Positions 39,810 to 50,900 of a DNA stretch of 64,000 nt are shown here, piece after piece. Positions within the stretch are counted from its first letter, which is position 1. Every line of letters begins with the position of its first letter. The translations under genes and the position numbers were made by a program. Location: NCBI RefSeq assembly GCF_902652985.1, contig NC_047029.1, positions 3,410,001 through 3,474,000 on the forward strand, given 5' to 3'. Below the pieces are notes generated by a model. It was not told the origin of the DNA. It was given only the letters and a program-made list of their open reading frames with translations, and ran no database searches. Source of the stretch: Pecten maximus (taxonomy: Eukaryota).

Positions 39810-42800
39810 CATATAATTCACAATTTTGGTTGACCTTCAGCCATAGAAACTTTCTGCCAAATTTCATTGAATTTTGTTTTGTGGTTTTGGAGAAGAAGTC
39901 GAAAATGTAAAAAGTTTACGGACGCACGACGCACGGACAAAAGGCGATTAGAATAGGTCGCTTGAGACTTCGTCTCAGGTGACCTAAAAATCATTATCGG
40001 TTCCTTAACTTAGAATTCTCCATAGAAGAGCATTATCGTTTCCTTAACTTAGAATTCTCCATAGAAAAGCATTATCGTTTCCTTAACTTCGAATTCTGAA
40101 TAGAAGAGCATTATTGTTTCCTTAACTTCGAATTCTCAATAGAAAAGCATTATCGGTTCCTTAACTTAGAATTCTCCATAGAAAATCATTATCGTTTCCT
40201 TAACTTAGAATTCTCCATAGAAGAGCGTTATCGGTTTCTTAACTTAGAATTCTCCATAGAAAAGCATTATCGGTTTCTTAACTTAGAATTCTTCATTGAA
40301 AAGCATTGTCGGTTCCTTAATTTAGAATTCTCCATAGAAAAGCGTTATAGGTGCATTGTCTAAAAGTTTTCCATAAATCAATAATGTTTTCGTTTAGAAA
40401 ATTTTCAGATCAGAGATTTCCTTCAATTAAGGAACGTTGATGAAATCCGGGACCTAAGATGATTGTATTCAATCCAGATACAATTGAAGATTATAGAGCT
40501 TAGTATTTTAACACAAGAACAGCTAGTGCAGATCTAAAGTCATTTAAGCTGTTGACCTTTCACACTTTTAACCTTTTCACACTTTAAACCATTCATATAC
40601 TGACCTTTGAAAAGGACCGCGGTGGCCGAGTGGTTAAGGTGTCCCGACACATTATCACTAGCCCTCAACCTCTGGGTTGCGAGTTCGAAACCTTCGTGTG
40701 CCAGTTGCCGGGTACTGACCGTAGGCCGGTGGTTTCACCTCCAAACCTGGCACGTCCTAAAATGACCCTGGCAGTTAATAGGACGTTAAACAAAATAAAC
40801 CAAACTGACCTTTGATCTCTTTCAGAGTTTCAGCTGAGTCCGGCCAGTGCGACAACCTTGTTGAAGCGGTACTCCTATGTTGAAGATGGTGGGAAATGTG
40901 TGTTGTCGTTTGACGACTTCGTAACTCTGTGTGTCAAACTTCGCGCCCTTACAGGTCAGTCAGTAAGAACATGCTTCAGGGCTATTTGTATTTTCTGCCC
41001 TATAATCCGAAGGCCCGATAGTTCGAAAATAGGTAATATATTGTAACGTGGATAAATGGTTATATACATTTATGAATGGTTTCCCATTACATATAACATA
41101 TGTTTATCTCGAGTATGACAGAATATATATACGAAAAAATGAAATTAAAAAGTTTTTTTGTGCCAAAAAGTGCGTGGGATCAGTAGTATAATCTTAGACT
41201 TCGTGTCCCCGTAACGTTACGCTTAATAGGACAGAGACGGAGATGGACTGGTCAACGCAATTCCAGGGCCTGATGATATACTGTAAACGTGGAAATTGAC
41301 GCGAGGGGGAAATTTACGCTAATTAGAGCCGTTTTGATCGCGAAAATTTCCCTACGCTACGCGTATTATTTTAATATCAATTTGTGCAATCTCGAACAAC
41401 AAACGAATGTGGATCGATCGCGGAAATTACCCCAACGCGTATAGTTTACATATCGAAATCGCGAAATTAACCCCCGCGAAAATAACCACGTTTACAGTAT
41501 TACCTGGTTTTAGCTTTTTTCTTGAGTGCAGAGGTTTTAAAACGGACCTATAAATGAGACGCCTCTGGTTTTACTTTTATATGATAAAATGTATATATAT
41601 AAATATATGTTTGTTATATGGTGTAATTAGTTTCAACAATACATAGGGTTTTAATCAGTCTACTTACTTCAGCTGCTATCAATGGTATTGGCGTTATGCT
41701 ATTTAAACATATATGCCTGCTCCATCTAAAACTATTTTGGTCGGGCAGCAAACAATGCTTGTTCTGTTGAATATATATATTGTTGTAAAATTCTTTTGAG
41801 AATTGGCATTTTGTTCTAATACTGATGTGGAATTTGCCATCTTATGATGATGATTTTCGAAATATTTCTGATATGAATTATTGTTTCTATAAAAAATTGT
41901 CATCTTGTAAAAGATGGCCTTCATATATGGAGATAGTATATAAATAACAGATGCTTTATATATATACTTACCTGAATATACAGGTGTTACTGTATCCTAT
42001 TGTTACCACAGATGCTTTCCGACGCCGTGACCAACAACAACATGGCCACGAGACTGGTACAGCTACCTTCGCCTATGATGACGTAAGTAAAAATTTGTCA
42101 CTCAAAAAACTTTGTCATTATTAGATATCGGTAACAAAAACCTGGCCATGCTGATAGGATCTTTACTTACAACGTAAGCAACAAGCACAGCTTACAACTA
42201 AGCTGTATGATAGGGCATATTTATTTCGATTTCCCAAAGTTAATTTTCAGATTATAGATAGCAACATCCCTGCATCCCCTACCTACGGTGCCTACTTATC
42301 TCAGATGAATTGATATTCAAGAGCTTCCTCCAACCATCAAGATTTCTGTGACAGATGTCGACGACAGTCCAAGAAAGTATCAATTTAACACGTGATTTGA
42401 AGGGAACGTTATGGTCCACATCATTATCTCATTCAGAAATCATCTATTTCTTGTGAAATGACGTCAGATATGTTTGATGCTTATTGATATATATACCTAG
42501 TGGTTCCGTTGTCACCACATCAACACCCATTTAAGATTGTGACTTAACCGTGAGTTGACCCATGTGTATGGCGGTTGTAGATGAACCAGAAGACACCTAC
42601 TTGGACAACGAACACCTGGTCTTATTAGTCCCCTGCCGTTTGAAAAACGGGGGGACTTTAGGTTTACCCTCCGTCCGTCTGTCTCCGTCCGTCCCTCCGT
42701 CTGTCTGTCTGTCTGTCACGCAACAGTTGTCCGGACAACTCCTTATAAAGTACTACTCCGATCTTAACGAAACTTGGTATACATGATCAGTATAACATGT

Positions 42801-43446
42801 AGTTGTGCATCCCACATTTTTTTTCTCGAAAAAACATTTTTTTTTAAATGGGAAATAAATAGGTACACTCCTAGCTCAGGCAGGGGACTTTGTATTGCTG
42901 TTGCAATACTATCCATCCTTATTCTCTTTGTGTTTTGTCAAGAGCCTGGATGCAAATTGATATCTAAATTTATATTTTGCCCTCCTCTAATCCATTTTGA
43001 GTTGGGGCTATTGGTTTCGTTATTATGATGGTATTCTTTTGTTTTTCTTTTATTTCGATAATTGCTTGAAACATATCATATTACTATGATCCACTATACT
43101 ATGTATATGTATGTCTGTACATGTACCTTCTCATTTTCAAATATTTATCTGTACTTAATCCATTTATCTGTTTCATTGTACTCTTCATTATTTTGGCGGA
43201 AATAAAGAATTAATTGAAAAACATATTATTTTTTATTGTCAGATTTTTAAATACAAGTTCTCAACTGTTTCAAACACTTAAAGCATTTTTCCACTATTCA
43301 TCTTCTGTCAATTTGAAATTCACCAATAAACTGATTTGTTTTTAAAATGCATTTTTGTATTTTTAAAAATGTTGGGAGAGAAGGGATAAAAAAATAAAGT
43401 TTTTCTTGTTTATTTACAGTTCCTGCAGTGCACCATGTGTCTTTGA
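28672..43446 (+). CDS. Penta-EF-hand calcium-binding protein, sorcin/grancalcin-like, about 227 aa, 9 coding exons
   Basis: Exons: 28672-28779, 29880-29954, 34921(or 34924)-34996, 35350-35374, 35866-35887, 38057-38207, 40826-40954, 42012-42082, 43420-43446; phases join. Motifs [50 protein letters not shown] and FAYDDFLQCTMCL* match sorcin-type PEF proteins. 3'UTR intron 43453-43835; AATAAA near 44470. Confidence 0.9.
29595..29770. repeat. Degenerate 10-bp microrepeat (CCTTGACCTC / ACCTCAC)
   Basis: Directly visible. Confidence 0.7.
30825..34080 (-). mobile_element. 5'-truncated non-LTR retrotransposon (RTE/RTEX-like) with uninterrupted ORF2 and a 167-bp target-site duplication
   Basis: ORF 34135-31082 carries the C-terminal part of the APE endonuclease (IIGDFN, AIDHV, SEHCPI), RT (NSYRGITLL, FLDSSKAFD, QGGALS, QADD) and a CxxC..H..C tail; 3' end AATAAAGATGATAATA; identical flanks 30658-30824 and 34081-34247. 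Confidence 0.95.
36453..37535. repeat. Minisatellite, ~56-bp unit (GGTTAGTATTTATAGAATAAAATATTAGCCCGTACTACTACTTAATTACGAGTAGG), about 19 copies, inside the U12 intron
   Basis: Directly visible. Confidence 0.95.
37768..37951 (+). mobile_element. 5'-truncated tRNA-derived SINE with V-like domain and (AAACC)n tail
   Basis: B box, GGTTTTTCTCCGGGTACTCCGGCTTTCCTCCAC, end GGACGTTAAACAAAA; same family as 40611-40803. Confidence 0.85.
38545..40345. repeat. 39-bp minisatellite (TTCCTTAACTTAGAATTCTCCATAGAAAAGCATTATCGK), about 13 copies, split by a HINE insertion
   Basis: CCTTAAC core at 38591, 38630, 38669, then 40003, 40042, 40081, 40120, 40159, 40198 and onward. Confidence 0.92.
38692..39990 (-). mobile_element. 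Helentron-associated non-autonomous element (HINE-type), structurally complete
   Basis: Subterminal inverted repeats GGTCACCTGAG (38716) / CTCAGGTGACC (39974), terminal GGCCC..GGGCC hairpin, ACGG/ACGC microsatellite, internal ~325-bp tandem units, A-run end. Confidence 0.85.
40611..40803 (+). mobile_element. tRNA-derived SINE with 12-bp target-site duplication
   Basis: A box GGTGGCCGAGTGGTTAAGG, B box GAGTTCGAAACC; TSD ACTGACCTTTGA at 40599-40610 and 40804-40815. Confidence 0.9.
41281..41497. mobile_element. MITE with TA target duplication (Tc1/mariner-type)
   Basis: TA|CTGTAAACGTGG ... CCACGTTTACAG|TA; internal CGCGAAA repeats. Confidence 0.85.
42130..42620 (+). mobile_element. Degenerate Penelope-like retroelement fragment
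   Basis: Translates to FDFPKVNFQIIDSNIPASPTYGAYLSQMN*YSRA, resembling the Penelope-like RT C-terminal motif FPIVNFP..SNIP..PAYGVY.SQL.RY.RA; contains stops. Confidence 0.65.
42621..42922 (+). mobile_element. Short HINE-type element
   Basis: Subterminal inverted repeats AGTCCCCTGCC (42627) / GGCAGGGGACT (42879), (GTCC/GTCT)n microsatellite, 3' hairpin GTATTGC-TGTT-GCAATAC. Confidence 0.8.
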
Positions 43447-43609
43447 CCAAAGGTATGTAGGTATCAGTATCAATGAGTTATAGATAACAAAAAGTGTTCA
43501 TTTCACAGAGTCTCTGGTCAGGTCAAATTTTGACTGTTAGCTGCGGGAATTTTATCTGAAATAATATGAAGTAGAATTCATGAATTTTTCAATAGGTATT
43601 TGTTATGTG

Positions 43610-43790
43610 ATGTTGTTATGACACTGAAAACTGGGTAGTTATGTAATGAGTGTTAGGAGACTGAGAATTGGATAGTTATGTAACAAGAGTTGTAACACTA
43701 AGAACTGGGTATTTATGTACATGTAATTAGTGTTATGACACAGAGAACTGGGTAGTTATTTAATGAGTGTTGTGACAATGAGAACTATCT
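43610..43790. repeat. ~37-bp degenerate tandem repeat in the PEF gene 3'UTR intron
   Basis: Recurrent ACACTGAGAACTGGGTAGTTATGTAATGAGTGTT. Confidence 0.75.
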
Positions 43791-44975
43791 TAAATTATTG
43801 GTAATTTTAAAAAAAAAATCTTTCTTATGTTGCAGATTACGAATGTATGACAACTGGTTCGTGGCCCACTGTCCTAGATCAAGATAATCTCCATTGTTTC
43901 ACGTTTGACAGGTCAAACTTACAAACAGCTTTACACCGCTCATTTCTTCTTATTTCTGTATGTTTTTCACAAGGACAATCTTTAATGCATTAGAGTCTTC
44001 ATGAAATATGACGTCATGTGATATAGAAAAAAAAAGTTGCACATTGATTAAGAGCCAGGCTGGAAACCTTAACATTCAAAAACATAGGCTGGGAATATCG
44101 ACAGTGGTCAAAGAATATAGGCTGGAATCTTAAACAAGGTTGGAAGGCCTAACCCAGAAACTTGAACACTGATCGAAGGAATAGGCTGGAAATATGGAGA
44201 ATGAACAATTGTGGACGGCTTAGACTGGAAGCTAAAACAATTGTGGACGGCTTAGGCTGGAAGCTTGAACAATAGTCAAAGGCAAATCTTGGGCAGTGGT
44301 CACAAGTCAATCGGGAAACTACATGAGCACCACCAGTGTTCTAAATTATGCCAAATATCTCTAAGGGACCAAGTGTATAGTCGACTTTCCTCGAGCATCA
44401 GACAGTGTTTCATGTAATACTCAGCTATTGTGTTTCTTCTTCTTGGTTATGATGTATGTGAAATTAACAAATAAAATTATCATCATCATCTGTATAAGTC
44501 GTTTATTAACTCATCTAGCCAAAAGGGCTGGTACATGTATATACAGTACTAAAAATTTAAATCCTTACTCTATAGGAAAATGAAAGGATTTGGTCCATAT
44601 TTGGTCTGAAGCATCCTCGTGTGAAGGGTAACCAATTTGTATAAATAATGGATTTCAACCACCAGGGGATGAAGGGGCAAGACCCAAAGGAATATTAGTG
44701 AAAAATAGCCTGCATAATTTATATCATTTAATTCCATAGAGAGATTGTCATATTGTTTAATTCCTTGGAATTAATTTCGAACTAACCCCCCACCCCTCAC
44801 AAACATACACTTACAAATAATGTATTTGTATATTTCTGCTGGACAACACTGGATAATGATGATAGGTCATTACACAAGATGCCTGGAGCATTTATAGATC
44901 CATATACAACGTTTTTTCTGATGAAAAATAAAAGATATCAATTCTCTTTTTTATATTAATTTAATACACAATTTA

Positions 44976-47900
44976 TCATGTACGACTTTTCTTTCTCTCC
45001 AGCATCTGATCTAGGAACTGAGTGTAAGCCTTCTTCTGTGGTCCAGAGGCTGGGATAAAATGGCCTCCAGGATGCTGTAATATCACTTTGTCAGTGTAAC
45101 AGGGCAGAAGTTCTTCACTCATCTCTGTAATACACAATACCATCATTTAATTATAATACTATGGATACAATATGAATATCCCATACTTAGTACAAGATTC
45201 TCCAGATTGTTAAATTTCCAATAAATGTTGTCATGCATAATTTAAAAGATACATTAACTGTACCTTTATATATTATTTTACTAACAAGTTTACATATACA
45301 TCGAAAATCCTGTTCATGTTGACTTCTTGACACATTTTCTGTGACCTTGACTTACCTTTCTGTATGACCTTGTCTGTGTCCCCAAACACATGTAAAGAAG
45401 GCAGAGACACTTTCGTCGAGTAGAGATCCTGATGTGGGGACTGACGACTCTTGAACCCTGCAACCAGGATCACAAAATCGAACTGGAATGGTGAATCTGT
45501 AAGAAAGAATTGTAAAGTAAATAAACCATATCACAATATTCAATACCATCCTTAATGACGTATTGATTGGACTTTTAACAGAAATAGAAACAACCATCAC
45601 ACTAAGGGACTATCCCCAAAAAAATATATATCCAATATGACTTACTAAAAACAAGTATGTATGGTGGGTGAATGAGAAAATTTGGCTTACTATATGGTAC
45701 TGTTTGAATTTAATGACTTCTATTGGTGGTCACTTTTTGATGAACTTGGGAGTCATACAGCTGGGTAGATATTTTACTGGAATAGCCCTAACCTATACAG
45801 TACTACAAAATTCTAACTTCTGCTCCAGGGGTTTTGTATCAACTTTCTTACAGTAGATAAAAAGTTACTTACCTGAAGGGTTTTGCTCCCTCAGAGCACA
45901 GATCAGGGACAGAAAAGCTGCTCCCTGACTAAAGGCCAGCACACCATCAAATGGACCCTGTAAAAAACAGAGTGGACTTCAAAGTACATGTATAAATCCT
46001 GTCCTAATTATCTGTAATATGAAGAATCTTGACCTTCAGTCTAAAAGGTGTTCTAACACTACTCCATAGTACGGTGAATTTATAGTCATTAGAATATCAT
46101 GTTCATAACCTTTGTGCAACTTTTACATTTTCCAGTGACTCCTAGTTAAGTTTACCTGTTATTTAATGGCATGGGCTACCTGGTCCAATGACTCCTAATT
46201 AAGTTTACCTGTTCTTTAATGGCCTGGGGTACCTGGTCCAATGACTCCTAATTAAATACCCATTCCTTAGTCGCCTGTGTTACCACGTCCAGTGACTCCA
46301 AATTAAATTTACCTGTTCTTTATAAGCCTGTGCATGTTACCACATCCATGACTCCTAATTAAATTGACCTCTTTAATGGCCTGGGCTACCTCATCAAGTG
46401 ATTCCTAGTTAAGTTTACCTGTTCTTAAATGGCCTAAATTACCTGGTCCAGTGATTCCTAGTTAATATTACCTGTTCTTTAATGGCCTGTGCTACCTGGT
46501 CCAGTGACTCCTAGTTAAGTTTACCTGTTCTTTAATGGCCTGGGCTACCTGGTCCAGTGACTCCTAGTTAAGTTTACCTGTTCTTTAATGGCCTAAATTA
46601 CCTGGTCCAGTGACTCCTAGTTAAGTTTACCTGTTCTTTAATGGCCTAAATTACCTCGTCCAGTGACTCCTAGTTAAGTTTACCTGTTCTTTTATAGCCT
46701 GTGCCACCACATCCAGTGACTCCTTGTAACCTTTACAACAGTCTGTATAGTCCTGAGCCATGTAATAATCATCCTTGCGTGAAAACCACCATCCCATCTG
46801 GTCAGCTAAACGAGAAACAAATATCAAGACTACAGCTCATAAACATCTGAGTTGCTTTAATACTGTCCTCATCTACCGAGTCTATCGATTTTGTATTGGT
46901 TATTTAAACATGCAACCATAAAAGTTCATGTTTCATAGCCTAGATTTCAAACCAAGTGGCCCAGAGGGATATTTCAGTAACTCAGAATCATTTCTATCAT
47001 TTTTGCTGCATTTTCCAACAATGATTTAATCCATATAGGGACCAAATCCTTTCACTCTTTAAGAAGAAGGAATTTAGAAGTTATTTTTGTTTTTGTTTGC
47101 AACATTTCCCCATAGGTCCCCTCTCTCGGGTCCCTAGGGACCCATAACCTCCATTTATACAACATTAAATCTCCTTTGCCTAATAATGCACCAACTACCA
47201 AATTTCATCACAATCCATTTAATCGTTCAGCACAATTAGTGGAGATTTAAAGGATTTATCTCAATTTCCCCAATTTGGGCCCCCAGGTCCCAAGAGAGCT
47301 ACATCCTCTGTATATACATGTACAAATGTACAACATTAGCTCTCCCCTCTCCCATAATGCTCAAGACCAAATTTTTTAAAAATCTAATCAGTCATTCAGG
47401 AATACCCAGGTAGTAGGGATTTAAAAGATTTACCTCAATTAACCAATAAGGCCCCCTCTCTCTGGCCTCAAAGGACCCACACCTCTGTTCATACAACATT
47501 ACATCTCCTTTGCCCAATAATGCTCCAGAACAATTTATATCAAAATCCATTCTTGTAAGATATTCTGTACACCTGTGTATTCTGTACACCTGTTTATTCT
47601 GTGCACCTGTGTATATATTCTGTACACCTGTGTATTCTGTACACCTGTGTATTCTGTACACCTGTTTATTCTGTACACCTGTGTATTCTGTACACCTGTT
47701 TATTCTGTACACCTGTGTATTATGTACACCTGATTCTGCACACCTGTGTATTCTTTACACCTGTTTATTCTGTACACTTGTTTATTCTGTATACCTGTGT
47801 ATTCTGTACACAATACACACGCTTATTCTATACACCTGTGCATTCTGTACACAATACACACTTATTCTATACACTTGTGCATTCTGTACACTTGTTTATT

Positions 47901-50900
47901 CTGTATACCTGTGTATTCTGTACACAATACACACTTATTCTATACACTTGTGCATTCTGTACACAATACACACACTTATTCTGTACACCTGTTTATCTGC
48001 ACACGTATGTATTCCCTACACCTGTATTTGACACACAATTTGTTTCAGAATACTTACCTTGTTTTTCAGGTGTGTCAGTGGCCGTGTCAGCAGACTTATC
48101 TCCCTCCTCTCCTGGCAATGGAGGGACACGATTGGGGGCTGTCACAAACACTGGATAAAACATGACTCTGAGTGTTAACACATGATAAAACATGACTCGG
48201 TGTTAACACACGATATAACACAGTTTTAGTCCTAAACACAACATACTGAAACAGTAGGGATCTGGTGCTTATTTACCAGAATATTAAATTTACCAACTTG
48301 AAAGTATTTATAGGATAAGCTGCATTTTACTCAATATTTTTCCTATGCATTTTGGTTTTTATTTTGGGGGGGGGGGGGGGGGGGATAAGGCTAAAATACA
48401 TTGGGAATCAGGTTGTTTTGCACCTCCCGTTATAAACTAAAACACTACAATGGTCAAATCTTATATCCAATGTATATAACAGAAGCATATTATGTAATCA
48501 TTGTCAAAGTGTAAGTCACACCTGATGCTACCAAGTTAATTAAGGACAAAATTTCAAAACAAATGAAAGTTTGTTTACAGACCTTTGGATAATTAAACTA
48601 TAAATTGTACCTTAAAACGATATAATGGTACATTGTAAGTTGTTCTTAAAATTGATTAAGAATATTTCTGAACTTACATGCATGAATTATGAAGAAGATT
48701 ACTCAAATTTTAATAGACATTCTCCTTCCTACTAGAAATGTTTGACAAGAGTGCCGGTGACAGATAAAACATCTTCACATACCAAGCTGACAGCAAAGGA
48801 GTATTTCTTTTTAATCCTAGTCAGAATACAACCTTACCTAACTCTGCTCGACTTTTAATGATTTTCCGGAATGCGCCTGTTCTCTCCCGAAATGTCTGTG
48901 CATTTTGTCTGGAAAAAAAAGACACATGTTTGATACAAGTATGAGAGTATAATTCACTGCTATAATAGGCAGGACAACTTGACTTTGAAAAGAAAAATAG
49001 CTGACAATCCAACATCAGAGTTATAAGAGTTGTTTCCCTTGAAGTATGAAGGCAATGTCATACATCTAAAGCTATGAATGTGTAAATGTTGAAAAGGAAT
49101 AAAATATTAAATTTCATTATCAGCATTTTACAGGATTATAATTTATTAATGCTCATTTTATTTATATTTTAAATAAAATATTCAACAGAGCCCGTAATGC
49201 ACAGCTCTCCAAAACTGTTACACTATACACAGTGTGTGAACTCTAATTAAAAATATCACTTAAAGGAACCATGAAATAAAACAGTCATACCAGTTTGAAT
49301 TAATGACACCTTCAAGGAGCTTTTTTCATATCATTAATAAAAAGTCATTCAAGGGAAATAACTCAAACACAGATTAGAATGATAGCATGTACCCTTGACT
49401 TCACGAATCATAATAACATAATATATGTTAGGGGGTAACTCTACAGTTGCTACAAACCGTGGCACTTCAGGTGGTCAGTTAATACGACAAGGGAAACAAC
49501 TCTAACACAGATCATAGGTCCTTCTTACTGTACATAACTTAGCATGTATCCTTAACTAAAATATTTGACAAATCACCGTTATAATGTGTAAGGGAGGTTA
49601 TACTCTAATACAGATCATAACTTTTAATCAATACTGTACATTTTGCTTATTTTACAAACAGTTGTATTTAAAATAATAAGTATGTTTTACCTGTATCCAT
49701 GGAGACAGAGAATCTGTAAACAAGAAAACACAGAATAGTAATTTCATCAAATACATGTGCATGGATAAACAGAGAATTAAACAAATTGATGGATACATTT
49801 GTATAAACGAACTGTTAGGTAATGCTATAGATATAACACATTATCATCTTTACACAACAAGTTAATAAAAGTGGTTATAATTTGCAGTCATAAAGATCAG
49901 AAATGACATTTGAACAACCAACTTAATAAACTGAGCAATTGATCACTTAAGTTACGAGGAGATCCCAGATCGTGGGATCTTATATCCCCGGGTCGAGTGA
50001 GTGGTACATTTTCAATGGAATTCAATGGTAAAAGCACATAGGTACATTTTCAATGGAATTCCATGGTAAAAGCATGCATTTTTGCAGTACCTGCAAAATA
50101 TTAATGTATGATATTTAAAAGTTTTATGTAACTTTTCTTCAATGTTTTTTCTCTTTCTTCTGAATTATCTGGTTTGTTGATGTGATGATATTATAGACAA
50201 AATATTACAAAAGTTTTGTTCTTCTATTGTGAACCCCGTAACTCAACACACACACCTTGACAGAGTGAATGAAAGAAGATATAAACAAAATATGACAGGG
50301 AAAAAGACACTAACTTGCTGTCCGTGCTAACAGACTGAGTGACAGAAGAACCAAGAAACGAAATTCAGAAAGTACTGACAATGACTTCCCATGTAAAGTT
50401 TTATATACAGCTATATCATAGCAACAAAGACATCTCAATGCGGTTCATGAATTATAAGGCGTGCACGTAGATATTGGGCCTTTAGCAACCAGCCAATGTC
50501 TTTCTCAACTCCCTTAAGGAGCTTACAGATGGAGCTGCCATTTTTGGTGTTAACAGCTAGCTTACACCAACATTTCTTGCACTGCCCTACCATGAAGTTA
50601 CATATCATGCATACTAAAGTATCTTCTTCAAGGATACAACTCGGTGCACGTGCTGGGACATAAACTATAGAGACCCTTCGGTGACGTACCCTGCGTCCAA
50701 CCACTGGACTATACCTTGCATTGCCTCCATGAAGGCCCCATGTCAGTCATTTTACTTTTCTGATAAGTCCAAAAATAAATCCTAGACTTTTAAAGTGAAA
50801 CCTATACATACTTATGGGATATGACCTTGGCCTTAAGGTAAAAGTACTTCTCCAAAAAAAAGCAATAACAGACTCGTCATGCCAGCAAACTCAGCAAAAT

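Noticed and set aside
40614-40692. tRNA gene
   Set aside because: A and B boxes are present but it continues into a SINE body and tail bounded by a TSD; no proper cloverleaf
41964-41974. ATACTTACCTG matching the U1 snRNA 5' end
   Set aside because: Only 11 nt match with no U1 body; it is the reverse complement of a donor consensus
47392-48165. Overlapping Cys/Tyr-rich ORFs
   Set aside because: Products of the 17-bp minisatellite
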